64,000 nt of DNA, taken from positions 26,030,213 through 26,094,212 of the forward strand of contig OZ234493.1 of the NCBI GenBank assembly GCA_965153455.1. Reading direction: 5' to 3'. The translations under genes were made by a program, and so were the position numbers. The notes below the pieces were generated by a model. The model saw only the letters and a list, made by a program, of their open reading frames with translations. It was not told the origin of the DNA and searched no databases. This DNA comes from Sphagnum compactum. Lineage: Eukaryota. Positions 24,781 to 36,000 of the stretch are shown here, piece after piece (positions within the stretch are counted from its first letter, which is position 1; the number at the start of each line of letters is the position of its first letter).

Positions 24781-27260
24781 CATGAGAATCAAGAAATCTC
24801 CATACTCGTGATTAAGAAAGCCAAAACAAAGTCATGTCTTTTCCTTGAAGTGAAAGAAAGACTTCCACATAAGGGACTTACAGAACCAGGAAGAAGGAAC
24901 AGCACAGAAGGGATGAACTGGAACAAAGAAATAAGAACAAGCAGTATGAACAAAAATTGAGAGTCTCTCATAAGTTAAGGGACCTTCAATCATAACATGT
25001 ACAACATGAAGAAACAAAAAAAAACAGTATGAACAAAAATTGAGAGTCTCTCACTAGTTTAGGGACTGTAAATAGGGACCATCAATCATAACATGTATGA
25101 TAGCAACTTATACATCACAATTTCCCCAATGACTTCACCAACTTGCTCCCTACGGTGGGTATAGGCCTCCATGCTGAATTTCTGTGTCACATCGAGAAGC
25201 AATGGGAAGACTAAGCCATGATACTGGCTCACAACTAACAACATAGAAGGGGAAAAACATAGAGAAAAGTAGAGGCAAAAAAACAATGAGGCACACAATA
25301 AGAAGAAAAAACATAGAATGACAGACAATATGGGAAAAACAAAGGAGGAAAAAGTGGATTCTAGCTTTTATTTCTGATTCTTTTTTTACAAATTTAAACT
25401 CCCCACTTTCAAGAGTCTATACTACAAAAGAAACAGAAGGAGAAAAGCAGAACCTGAGGAGAAGATCCAATCTGGAAGGAACTGCAACTTTAGAAAAAGA
25501 TTAACCTTGTTTCAAAATGAACCACCTTATCACCCATTACAGGTAGTTGGAGGAGCCTTCTGCTCCCCCATAAAAACCTCTGCTGAAACTCATAGTGTAG
25601 TTTTGGGGACCTCCCCAACCACAATTTTCCCACTCCCGATATTTCTCATTATCTCCCTGGAGGCGGGGGAGATTTGTTGTAAGATGATCTACAGCATTAA
25701 TTTGAATGCATCTGGGCCATCCTTATAATAGTGCACCTCAGTTTGACAAAGGGACAAGCACTGCTGTCAGTGCCTTCTGCTCTGGACCTCCACCCTCAGT
25801 TCACAGGGCAGAAGGCACTAACAGCAGTACCAGTCCCTATACGAATGTAAAACTTAAAGAGCCCAAATTAGGAAAAGGAAAAACAATTTTGAAACTAGCT
25901 GGAGACTGGAAAAACTCCTTGGTGTGCGAGAGATGAATGGCATCTAGTTTCTGAGAACTCATACCTTTGCCATAGGTAGAGCCAGCATAGTTAAGCCCTC
26001 AGCGAACTAAAAAGCCCTGTTGCCATTACCATATGTAGAACTGGAGTGGGAACTCCTGCATACCATTGGCAGAGACCTGCTGAGAACCTTTTGCCTTTGC
26101 CAGAGGTAGAGCTCAGGTGAATGACAGCTGTCTTCCCTCTATGCCACAGGAGATGAGGCCTTCCTCCTCCATCTTGCTAGGGCATTTGATTCTTGTGATC
26201 TGATTTCCATGAAATATATCTCATAAGAATCAAGAAATCTCCATTCTCACTGTTGAAGAAAAAAGCGAAGTGAGGTTAACACTTCACATAGAATTCCAAA
26301 GAAGGAAAGACAAAACAGAGAATAAAGGACCAAGAAACGAAAAAACAAAATAAAACACAAAAGCAATATGAACAACAGTGCCAATCTCACACCTGTTCAG
26401 GACCATTAACAGTAGTAACATGTATGACAGTAACTTCTCTATCACAACTTCCCCACTGACTTCATCAGCTCCCTACAGTGGGTAAAGGCCAGTGAAAACC
26501 CTAACCTGCATACTGAGTTTCTGCTGCAATTCTGAAAGCAATGGGAAGACTCAGCCATGCTACTGGCTACCAACAAACAACAACACAAGGAGAAAACTCA
26601 ACAAAAACACAGAACAGGATAGACACTGAAATGTCATGAAATTTCACTTGTTCAGGTTTCTGGGAACTGCCTTGGTCTAATCAAGACCTCAAAGTGACAA
26701 AAGAAGGAAAATCCATTTCACATTCAAAGTCTTCTGCCTATAGCTTCATATCCAACTCTCCAAAGGCAAGCAAATACTTGTGTTTTGTGCAATACCTTGA
26801 TAAAAGTACATTAGATTGTGAAGAAAATTCCACCATAACTATATCTCTCATAAGAATCAAGAATCTCCATTCTAGCAATTAAGAAAGGCAAAACAGGTTG
26901 ATAGTTTTTCATTAAGTCACAGAAATTTCCAGAAAGGATAGACAAAACTGAGAACAAAGGACCATAAAACAAATACAAAACAAGGACAAAAAACCAAAAT
27001 AATTGCCCTTGCAGAATGAACAGTGCCAGTCTCACACTTAGTCTCAAACCTGTTCAGGAACCATCAACAGTAACATGTATGACAGTGACTCCTCCATCAC
27101 AACTTCCCCACTGACTTCATCAGCTCCCTACAGTGAGTAAAGGCCAGTAAAAAAAACTGACCTGCATACTGAGTTTCTGCTGCAAATCTGGAAGCAACAG
27201 GAAGACTCAGCCATGCTACTGGCTAACAACAAACAACACAAGGAGAAAACTCAACAAAAA
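24781..27260 (-). repeat. Three diverged copies of a ~400-bp non-coding module (24781-25240, 26221-26600, 26846-27260) downstream of CXIP4
   Basis: Shared minus-strand blocks CCAGTA(G/T)CATGGCT(G/T)AGTCTTCC, GTAGGGAGC, GAAGTCA(G/T)TGGGGAA, TCATACATGTTA and ATGGAGATT(T)CTTGATTCT. Confidence 0.9.
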
Positions 27261-28333
27261 CACAACAGAAGAGACTGAACACACAGCACAGGACAGCAGG
27301 GGAAAATATAGAACTGAACACACAGCAAGTGGGTTTACAAGAAGCTCCCCATTTACAAGACTCTATAAAGGATCATTCAGAATACTCCAAATGCTGAAAT
27401 TCAAAAAAGGAATTCTTCTTTAATGAGCAACCTCTAGTCCTCTTTAACAGAATCTTTTGAGGGTAGCCTTTTATTCTTTAGAAGGACTATAAGACTGACC
27501 ATCTGAGAGACCAAGAAATCTTTAGAACAAGAAATCCTCAAAAACCAACTATTCATAACTCCCAACTTCACAGTAATAGAGATATTGGAAGTAAAATCAG
27601 GCATACAAATCATGTCAATACCTGCATACTCTGGTTGAGAATGTTTATCAAAGATATCACAGGATATAACGTGAGGACTTTGCTTCACAGCTAGATGCAA
27701 GAAGTTACAAGAGAAGCCTTTAGAAGTACAATTCAGCTCACAATACCTCAAGAAAAGCATATCTATTAGATTGTGAAGAAAAATCCACAATAACATGAAG
27801 GTAACTGCTGTGTCAGTTGCACAAAATCAAAAACAAGCATGACAAGAATGAGTGCAGTCATGACCTTGTAATTGTAACTGGTGAAGTATCAGACCATTAT
27901 CACCTTCACCATGAATGGCAGTGACTAGCTGGCATTAATCCTACCAGATCTGGATGGTGGGTGTTGATAAGTATACAAAACTGCTCAAGAGTTTGGACAA
28001 ACAATAAGACAAAAGCTTCATTCTGCTTTTCTGTTGCACTTCCAGATGCATTAAGCACCAGTTATCATTTCTGCTAGCACTCAAGAGACATAGAGACATA
28101 TTGTCACTCTTACTAAATCTGTTGAAGAATGCTAAACATTACAATGCCTGAAGGCCAAGCACTGAGCAGATTTCAATCAGTAAAAGATGAGACCTCAGTT
28201 AACAAACCCCTTGACCATCATCTCTACATCGATCTATGATAACCCAGAGCTCAATAATTTGATTGACAAAATGTTGAACCCATGATGTAGATGCTTACTG
28301 AGTCCATGCATCATCCCACCCCCTTGGCAAGAT

Positions 28334-29542
28334 TCATTCCTTCCGATGTCTCTTCCTTCCGTGTTTGTGATCAGCAGTGGAATCATCTTCATTGTCAGCA
28401 CTAATTGCCTCATCAGAATACTCTCTCTTACTCTTGGAGTTTGATTTCTTTGCATTCGTATGCTTGTGTCTCCTGCTTGACTTACTTGATCTGTGGCTCT
28501 TTTCAGAATGGCTTGTCCGATGATGCTTCCCGTCCTCCTCCGCTCCAAAACTTCCATCAACACTATCATCTGGAGACAAACTTCTCCTGCTCAACTTACT
28601 TGATCTGTGCCTCTTTTCAGAATGCCTCTTGTGGTGGTGCTTATGGTCATCCTTTTCAAGACTTCCCTCACTCTCATCTGAAGACAGATCCCTCCTGCTT
28701 GACCTACTTGATTTGTGCCGCATCTTTTCGGAATGCCTTTTTCGGTGCTTCCTATCATCATCCCTTTCAAGACTTTCCTCACTCTTGTCCGGAGAGAGAT
28801 CCCTCCTGCCAGACCTACTTGACCTGTGCCTCTTTTCAGAAGAATGCCTCTTTTGAAGCTTCCTGTCATCATCCTCTTCAAGACCTTCATCACTATCATA
28901 TGGAGACAAATCTGTTTGGCGGCTCTTAGATTTTTTCTTTGTCCGCCTAGATGATCTTGTTTTTTTCTTTGCCTCAGAGCTCTCTTTGTCCAGGGCTTTC
29001 TCTTTACTGCTCTTCTTTTTGCTTCTTCCAAGCCTAGCAAGGGCTCTCTCCATCTCTGAGTCCTCATCGCTATCTGAAATTTCACTCTCTTCATCAGAGC
29101 TGGTAGCATCTCCCGCCGCCACTCCTGTGCCACCACCGACCTCTTTTCCCTTAGTCACTCCTCGTTCCCGCTCCAATGCCGCAACGGCCGCTGCAGCAGC
29201 CTCTTCTTTAGCAGTGAGGAAATTCCTGCACTGGAATGTCAAATGGCCTACTCTTCCGCACTTCTTGCATGCTCCTCGAGCTTCATCGGCGTTGGAGCCA
29301 GTGAGACGGGCTAAGGCAAGAAGCCCCTGGAAACTGTCGTAAGCATTCTGCTCATCTGTAGCAACGGCATCTCCACCTGCGGAGGGATCTGGACCGCCCC
29401 GGTCGTCCCCTCGATGCTTCTGGTCAGGAGCATAAGGATCGTATCCGATTGCACTTTGCCAGATACCGTGAGTTTGCAGAGCTGCACTACTATGCACTCT
29501 ATTGTTTGCGGGCATCCGCACACGGCCCGCTGTTGCCGGCAT
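28334..29542 (-). CDS. CXIP4: CAX-interacting protein 4-like CCHC zinc-knuckle, Arg/Ser/Lys-rich nuclear protein; intronless CDS, 402 aa
   Basis: Diagnostic N-terminus MPATAGRVRMPANNRVHSSAALQTHGIWQSAIGYDPYAP; zinc knuckle CKKCGRVGHLTFQC; RS/K-rich tail. Confidence 0.93.
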   Translation of the reverse strand: MPATAGRVRMPANNRVHSSAALQTHGIWQSAIGYDPYAPDQKHRGDDRGGPDPSAGGDAVATDEQNAYDSFQGLLALARLTGSNADEARGACKKCGRVGHLTFQCRNFLTAKEEAAAAAVAALERERGVTKGKEVGGGTGVAAGDATSSDEESEISDSDEDSEMERALARLGRSKKKSSKEKALDKESSEAKKKTRSSRRTKKKSKSRQTDLSPYDSDEGLEEDDDRKLQKRHSSEKRHRSSRSGRRDLSPDKSEESLERDDDRKHRKRHSEKMRHKSSRSSRRDLSSDESEGSLEKDDHKHHHKRHSEKRHRSSKLSRRSLSPDDSVDGSFGAEEDGKHHRTSHSEKSHRSSKSSRRHKHTNAKKSNSKSKREYSDEAISADNEDDSTADHKHGRKRHRKE

Positions 29543-30002
29543 CTTGCTAGGCTCTTTTTTCCCCCCACAATAATACTACTCCAAAACCCGCAAAAACTCG
29601 CAGGAAATAACAAGAAAGAACTGCACAAACCTTGGATATTGCTTGCTCCTTCCCTTCCTTCCTCCGGCGATAACCGATGCAGAAACCTTTGCAAAAACAC
29701 GAAAATATAACAAGTTGTTCAATCTCACTCCTACTTCTTTACGTACTCCATCCTCAGATTCCGGCCGTGCGAAACACAGGGTGATGATGGTTGCGAAGAT
29801 GGAAAAATCAGAAACGGATCCTTGCAAGTTTCCTTCGTTCTTCTACGAGTACGCCGCTCTCCAAAAAACCACCGACGATTCCACTTCTGGACAAAGCAAG
29901 TGCACAAAACGGAATACCTTCTTCCACTGCTACACTAAGCAACCGGAGAAAACCTCGAACGGGAGGGAATACAGACAGATCTGTCGCGCGAGGGTTTCCA
30001 GG

Positions 30003-30011
30003 TTAGGGTTT
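30003..30011 (-). promoter_or_regulatory. Telo-box upstream of CXIP4
   Basis: AAACCCTAA on the minus strand, about 460 bp upstream of the ATG. Confidence 0.35.
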
Positions 30012-33000
30012 GTGAGACGCGGAAGCATGGAGAAGATGACAATTCCAGCCGCGTTTTCCTCCCTATAATCACTTTTGAACATTAACACATGTAAGAATTT
30101 TTCACATTAGTGCCATGTTGTATAACTTGGTGTGGCCTCTTCTTGCACTTGTTCTTATGGTGCTTTGATTTCCAACATCCACCTAAGCTGGTGGTCATTG
30201 ACCATTGTTGAGCAATTATTACAAACAAGGATACATACTATGTAGTTTTATATTTGTGTATATACCCACTTGACTATTCAAGGTCCGAAAACCAAATCAT
30301 CAAGGCATTAAAGAACCTTGGGAGGCCAAGACCTCAAAAAACCTCAGTAATAAAAAAATTAACATTTTTGAAATCTTGTGTTTTTTCTTCAACTCATAAC
30401 AGGGTTGTTTAAAAGAGAAATTAGCTCTTTCACCTAATGTCTTGTGTTTTGTGTTTAAGGGCGATTTTCAGCTACAAAATTCATTTTATTTAAAGGTGGG
30501 TAGTAAGAGATTGAGCATTATTTATTGTTGAAAAGAGGTGGCATAGTGACATAATCTTTTTGCTAATGTGTATTAAGAAAAAGTTTTATTGTCATTTTTT
30601 AGCGCCCTAGTTTGGCATGCATTATTTGGGTCAAAAAAGTGAAAATTGATAGGTTGCAAAAAAAGGTAGGTTGCACAAAAATTTTAATTTGACAATTTTT
30701 TATCCTTGGAGTAGTTTAATTTGAAATTTTCAAAGCTTGCTATTGCAAAATGCATAAATGTAAGGTGCAAAATCAAAGAACAATAGGGACAAAGAGGTTG
30801 GAGTTGCATTATTTCTATTTGTGTTTCTTGGAGGTTGTTGTGCAACACAAACCCTATGGAGTTTACACTTGAGGATCTATCTATAAACACACCATATTAA
30901 TAACAAACAATGTTTCTTGCTACTTACCACGACATAGTGGATTCAACAACAGACATGGCTCCAACTATGTGATTAGTTGCACGTAGTACATTTACATTTT
31001 TTGTTTTTGTTGACTCTTCCCTTGGTTAAAACCTTTAATCTATGAAGTTATTAATTTTCTTTGAGTTTTCAATTGGAGAAAGCAAAAGAGGAGGAAAAAA
31101 CAAAAGGTGTCTGATTTCATGTCAAGAAGAATGAATTTCAAAAATGAGGGCAAGGTAGTAGTAGTTCTTTAATGTAGTAGTAGATGAGAGGATGGTAGTT
31201 GCGAAAGATGCGAAAAAAAATGAAATTGTGGAGACATTGGCTTACAACCAAAAAAACACATAAACACAACATGCACATTATATATTATAAGTATATATGT
31301 AGGAGTTTTTAAATTTCCAACTGATTTACTAAAGGGAACCTATTATGGATTTTTTTATTTTTTAGTATGGTGTTGTGCAATGAGTGTGGAGTTTTGGGGT
31401 GTGGAGTGAGAGGAAAAAGAAATAGATCTAACATTAAAAAATTTGTGTTGTTGGTGGTGATGACGGTTGATTGTGGGTTGGGGTTCTTCTATTGCAATTC
31501 GATTTTCTTGTCAATCATTGGAGGTACTATGGTTGCAAGAGTGCTAGGGTTGATTAAAGTGACAAGTTTCCTTTGCTATTTTATGATCATGGTGTTGGCC
31601 TCAACAAGGTTTCCAAGTGAAAACCAAGTTTGATGTGTTCTTCTTCTTTGATTCTTGAAATCATATCACAATTGATGGCATTGTGCAAAAATTTATGATG
31701 CATGCGTTGACATTCATTCCTCTTTCGAAACTTATTTCATTTTTTGCAAATTGTGCCACAAGTTTTTGTGAAGACACAACATTCTTAGAACAACCACTTA
31801 TAATATCATATGTTCCTTTTGCAATAAATTTTTGAACTCGTACAATCCTCTTGCAACAACTTTCTAAATTAATAATGTTCATCTTGCAACAACAACCAAT
31901 GAAACCCTAGGTGGTGGGATGGGAATTATAATTATACTTATGAGATGGAATGCAAAGAAGTCCGAAAGATATAATAGACATTCCGCAAATTTTTGTTCAA
32001 ATCATTTTTGTTTGATTCAAATACTAAACAATTTCGATAATGGTCACCTCTTCTATCACTCGCTAAAAAAGGGGGTTCACGATGAGTCTTTCAAGAATAA
32101 GATTTTCCCAAATTTTGCCTTGTTTTTTCTTTTTCTTCTAGGATTAGGGTTTCTTTCCACTTGATGAACCTTAGACTATTCAATCTTCCATCTTCACAAA
32201 AGTGGGTATATTTGTTGTTTCAAGTTGGATTTATGAAGGGAAAAGTTGAGAAGTCGTTGATGATGGAAGAAAAAGAAAAAGGATCTTACAAATATGAAGC
32301 GTTTGACAATGTTGAAAAGTTGGAAGGAGAAGGTGATGGTGATGCTCAAAAAGGTGAAACAATTGTAATTTTTCTAAAGAATGAAGGTGAGGGAAATACT
32401 GCCTAGATTTTACAAGTGGCTAGTTCTCGCCACAATTGTGTTTCTATGCTAGGAGGAGAAGCATTTTTGTTTTTTTTGGTTTGACACTAAATCTATCATT
32501 CAATTATTTCAACTTTTATTTCCTTTTTCTCTCTTTAAAAATTTCTTATAAGTCCAAACCAATATCATACTTTATTTGTGCTAGATTGTGCTACCGCTGA
32601 ACACAAAAAATAAATAAATTGATGCATGGCAATGTGGATATGTTGAAGCTCCTAGAAGGTGAAACTTTGGTAGCAAGGACAAAAAGGTTGTTGATTGATA
32701 GTGATGCAAATGGATTTGATGTGTTGTCCTACATGAACAAACTTGACACTCTGCAATTTGGAAAGCTACTACTATATACACACACCAATTGCTTTCAACG
32801 CACACTTTGTTGTCAAAGTAAATCTTTTTCTTTTATTAGTTTTCAACCTTGGCATCACAAAAATGCTTTCATGTGGAGGTTAGAGTAATGTTGACAAGCT
32901 TAAGCTTGGGCTTTTGGGTGTTCAAGAACTTTCACGCATTTCCAATGGAGATAATAAGTGTAGCTAATGTGCAGTACAAAGGCACAGGCACTGCCATCTT

Positions 33001-36000
33001 ATTTCGTAAAAATTAGGAGGTTCTTATTGAACTTTCCATGGATGTCAATGCTAAAAGCATATAGAAGCTTGAAAAGGCATCATAATTGCATGAATCTATC
33101 TTGATAATTGCTCCTTCATTGCATTGATAATTGAATCAACAATGTTATGGACCTCAAGTAATGAACATCATCAATAAAAAGTCCATAGCCACAAAGCTTT
33201 ACAAAAAATGAACTTCAAATGTGCCAAAATTTCAAGATCTAAGAAGCTCCAAGTTCCAACATCTCCTTCGATAACAACCTAAAATTTTCAAACCTCATGA
33301 AAAAGGCAACAATCTAAACTAAAATATGTTATGAGAAATCATGTTTGCTATATCCACACTACTTTGCAACTAGAGCTCAAAAAATAATAATATACGATTA
33401 GACTACAACTAGAGCACATAAATATGGGCAATTAATAAATAAAATGTAACATAAAAAAATCAATGAATTGTACAATAATTGCAATTTAGTTGCACATTAT
33501 AAGCTTGCGAGCTATCATCACAAAGGTTTCAAGAAGAGCTACAACTTTGTAGCTGAAAGCATTTCAATCAAAATTCATATGTAAAAATTATGATCACATA
33601 AAATTTCAAACACATTTGCTCCCCAAGGGGACATGGTCTATTTTATTGTTTTAGAATTGTAATGTCATGGCAAAATACATGTTAGTGCATGATTTGATTG
33701 TTAAACAATAGCATAATTTAGATGTTTACAAAACATGAAATTATTATAAATAACATTGTTGGAATCCTGGGTTTAGTGCAATTATGTTTTGAACTTGATA
33801 TTTTTTAAACAATTCTTTTTAAAATTATATTAATATTGCTAAATTAATTGATAATTTTAACCATTTCAATCAAATAGACTTAATCAAATTTTTGGCATAA
33901 ACAATTAGTTCAATATGATTGAGAATATTTTTGTCCATTATCTGTTGTGATTGAAATTTCAATCATAAAAGTGAACATAAAAACCATACTAGTAATAATG
34001 ATCAAAGTTGAAAAAAAAAAATTTAGACAATTTCATCCCTCCAAATTCATTTACTCCATAAAATTCAATTATAATGACGTAAACCATCCATTGAAACTCA
34101 TTTCATATAGTTGCTTCAAATTCATTGTTAAAACCCACCCAATTCATTGATGTATCTTAAATGACATTTCATTGAGGATATTCTTCTTGGGGAGTTGTAT
34201 TCCTGAAATCAATCTTTCTTTTCTTTTCATGTAAGGCACTTAACTATATTTTTGTATGGTAAACTGGCCCATCATTGATCACTTACCTATGACTAAACAT
34301 TTGGCAAATCTTTCTCAATTCTTCTCCATTTTGAGTGATTTAACATGTTATAGGAGTGCCTTCTTAAGCTCTACAAATCATTTTTGAAATGTAAAGCCAA
34401 AAGACCAGCCAAAAAAGAACAACAAAGAAAACATGTTTTTTTTAATTGGAATTTCATTTTTCATTTTTCTTCATTTTGACCCCTCCTACTTTTAAACCAA
34501 CTTTCTTATTTCTTAATCATTTGAAATGAGTTAAACTGTTATAAGAACGCCATGTGAAGTTTTGCAAATCATCTTTGAACCCTAATAGCCATATAACAAC
34601 ATACAAGGAATTTTTGGGGTGTTCAAGAACTGGCCTTTGAAATGTTTGGTGGTTTGTTTTTTTTTAGGTCTTGACGAATGTTGGGTGGGTCTTGAATCTT
34701 GACCTAATTCTCAACCTAATTCTCATACCGATTCTCAATAGTGAAAATTGGTTAACGTGGTTGATTGTGAAAACCAAATGGAGAACCAACCTTCAGTTTT
34801 CACATGAACGAATACCGATTTTCTTTATTTTTTATTTTGGAGAACCGGATAGGTTCTCTCATAAAATTTTCCATCCAATTTGCGGTAGTTTAAGGTTTAA
34901 GGTTCCTAAATAGCCATTGTCGTCTAGGGAGGTGGAGGCACTATTTAGGGTTAGGGATAAAGAAAATGTATAAAAATGAAACCCAAGCTTCATTTTTTAT
35001 CACAATGAATTTTTTTAATCTTCTAATGTTCTTGTTGTGTTCATTTCATGCTTGTTGGTTATGCTTTTTGTGATCTTGTTGGTGTTCTTGTTTTGTGTTG
35101 CCATTGTCAAATGCTAGATTTTAGTTTCTAATTTCTTATGTTGCTCCTTTCACATTGCTCCTCACAATGTTGTTATTCTTGTGTTGCTCCTCACACTGCA
35201 GCTCTTTTCACGTTGCTCTTCACATTGTTGCTCCTCATGTTGTTACTCCTTTCATGTTGTTCCTCTCGCGTTGCTCCTCTCATGTTGCTCTTCTCACGTT
35301 GTCGCTCCTTTCTCGTTGTTGATTTTCTCATGTTACTACCCCTATCGCATTGCTTTTCTTGCCATGTTGTTCCTCTCATGTTGCTCCCATTGTGCCACTC
35401 TTCTCACATTGTCACTCCTCTTGCATTTTAGGTATTTACTAAGCTAGCCTTTGTTGTTCTTATCGTGTTACCATTGTTGTTCCTCTCACATTGCTATTAT
35501 GTTTTGCTTGGTTAATATAGAACTTCCCATGCCCTTGCCATGTGCACGTTGGAGCTCAGAGCTTTGACACCAACTTGAGCACCAAAGGTAATTTTTTTTG
35601 CATATTTTCCATTAATTAATTTATTTTTAGGTTACTGTTTTGTGTTTTGTTATTTTATTTTGTTATTTTATTTGTTATTGTTACACTTGCACCTTTGTTA
35701 CTCTTTTCTTTTGTTCATTTTGTGTTGTTTTTTCGTTATGTAGCAATTTTTCAATTCATGTGCTTTGTTGTTTTTTTTGGCAGGATTTCTTAAACTCCAT
35801 GTTTTTTCCACCTTATAATTTTTAAATTTTTTTTCTGAAAGTTTAGAAATATACATATCTTATTTTTGTAAAATCTTAGAAAATAGATTTCATTTTGTAA
35901 TTGCTTGTAAATGTTAGTTTTTAATCTTTGATAAAATCATAGAATTGTTTAGTTTTTTTCGTTAAAGCAATAATTGTTAACGACAAATCGAAGTAATTCT

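Noticed and set aside
25962-26115. miR399 sites or IPS1-like target mimic
   Set aside because: Similarity is limited to a TGCCA.AGG stretch, with too many mismatches.
27050-27125. Box C/D snoRNA (UGAUGA...CUGA) in module copies 2 and 3
   Set aside because: No terminal stem, the would-be guide region differs between copies, and both boxes are lost in copy 1. An Rfam search would settle it.
25086-27222. Module as repeated coding exons (PVAWLSLP..., EVSGEVV..LSYML)
   Set aside because: The frames cannot be joined without stops, and peptide similarity is explained by nucleotide identity.
27074-27224. Hammerhead ribozyme (CUGAUGA) or TPP riboswitch (GCUGAG, GUAGGGAG) in the triplicated module
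   Set aside because: No correctly placed GAAA/stem II/stem III, CUGAUGA is missing in copy 1, and the TPP ACCUGAU core is absent.
30100-34250. Short ORFs in the AT-rich region (for example 31661-31882 and 32619-32888)
   Set aside because: Stop-riddled with no assignable motifs; probably eroded TE sequence that I cannot classify.
35138-35500. Hydrophobic Leu/Cys-rich ORFs
   Set aside because: Translation of low-complexity GTTGCTCCTCTCA subterminal repeats of the hAT element.
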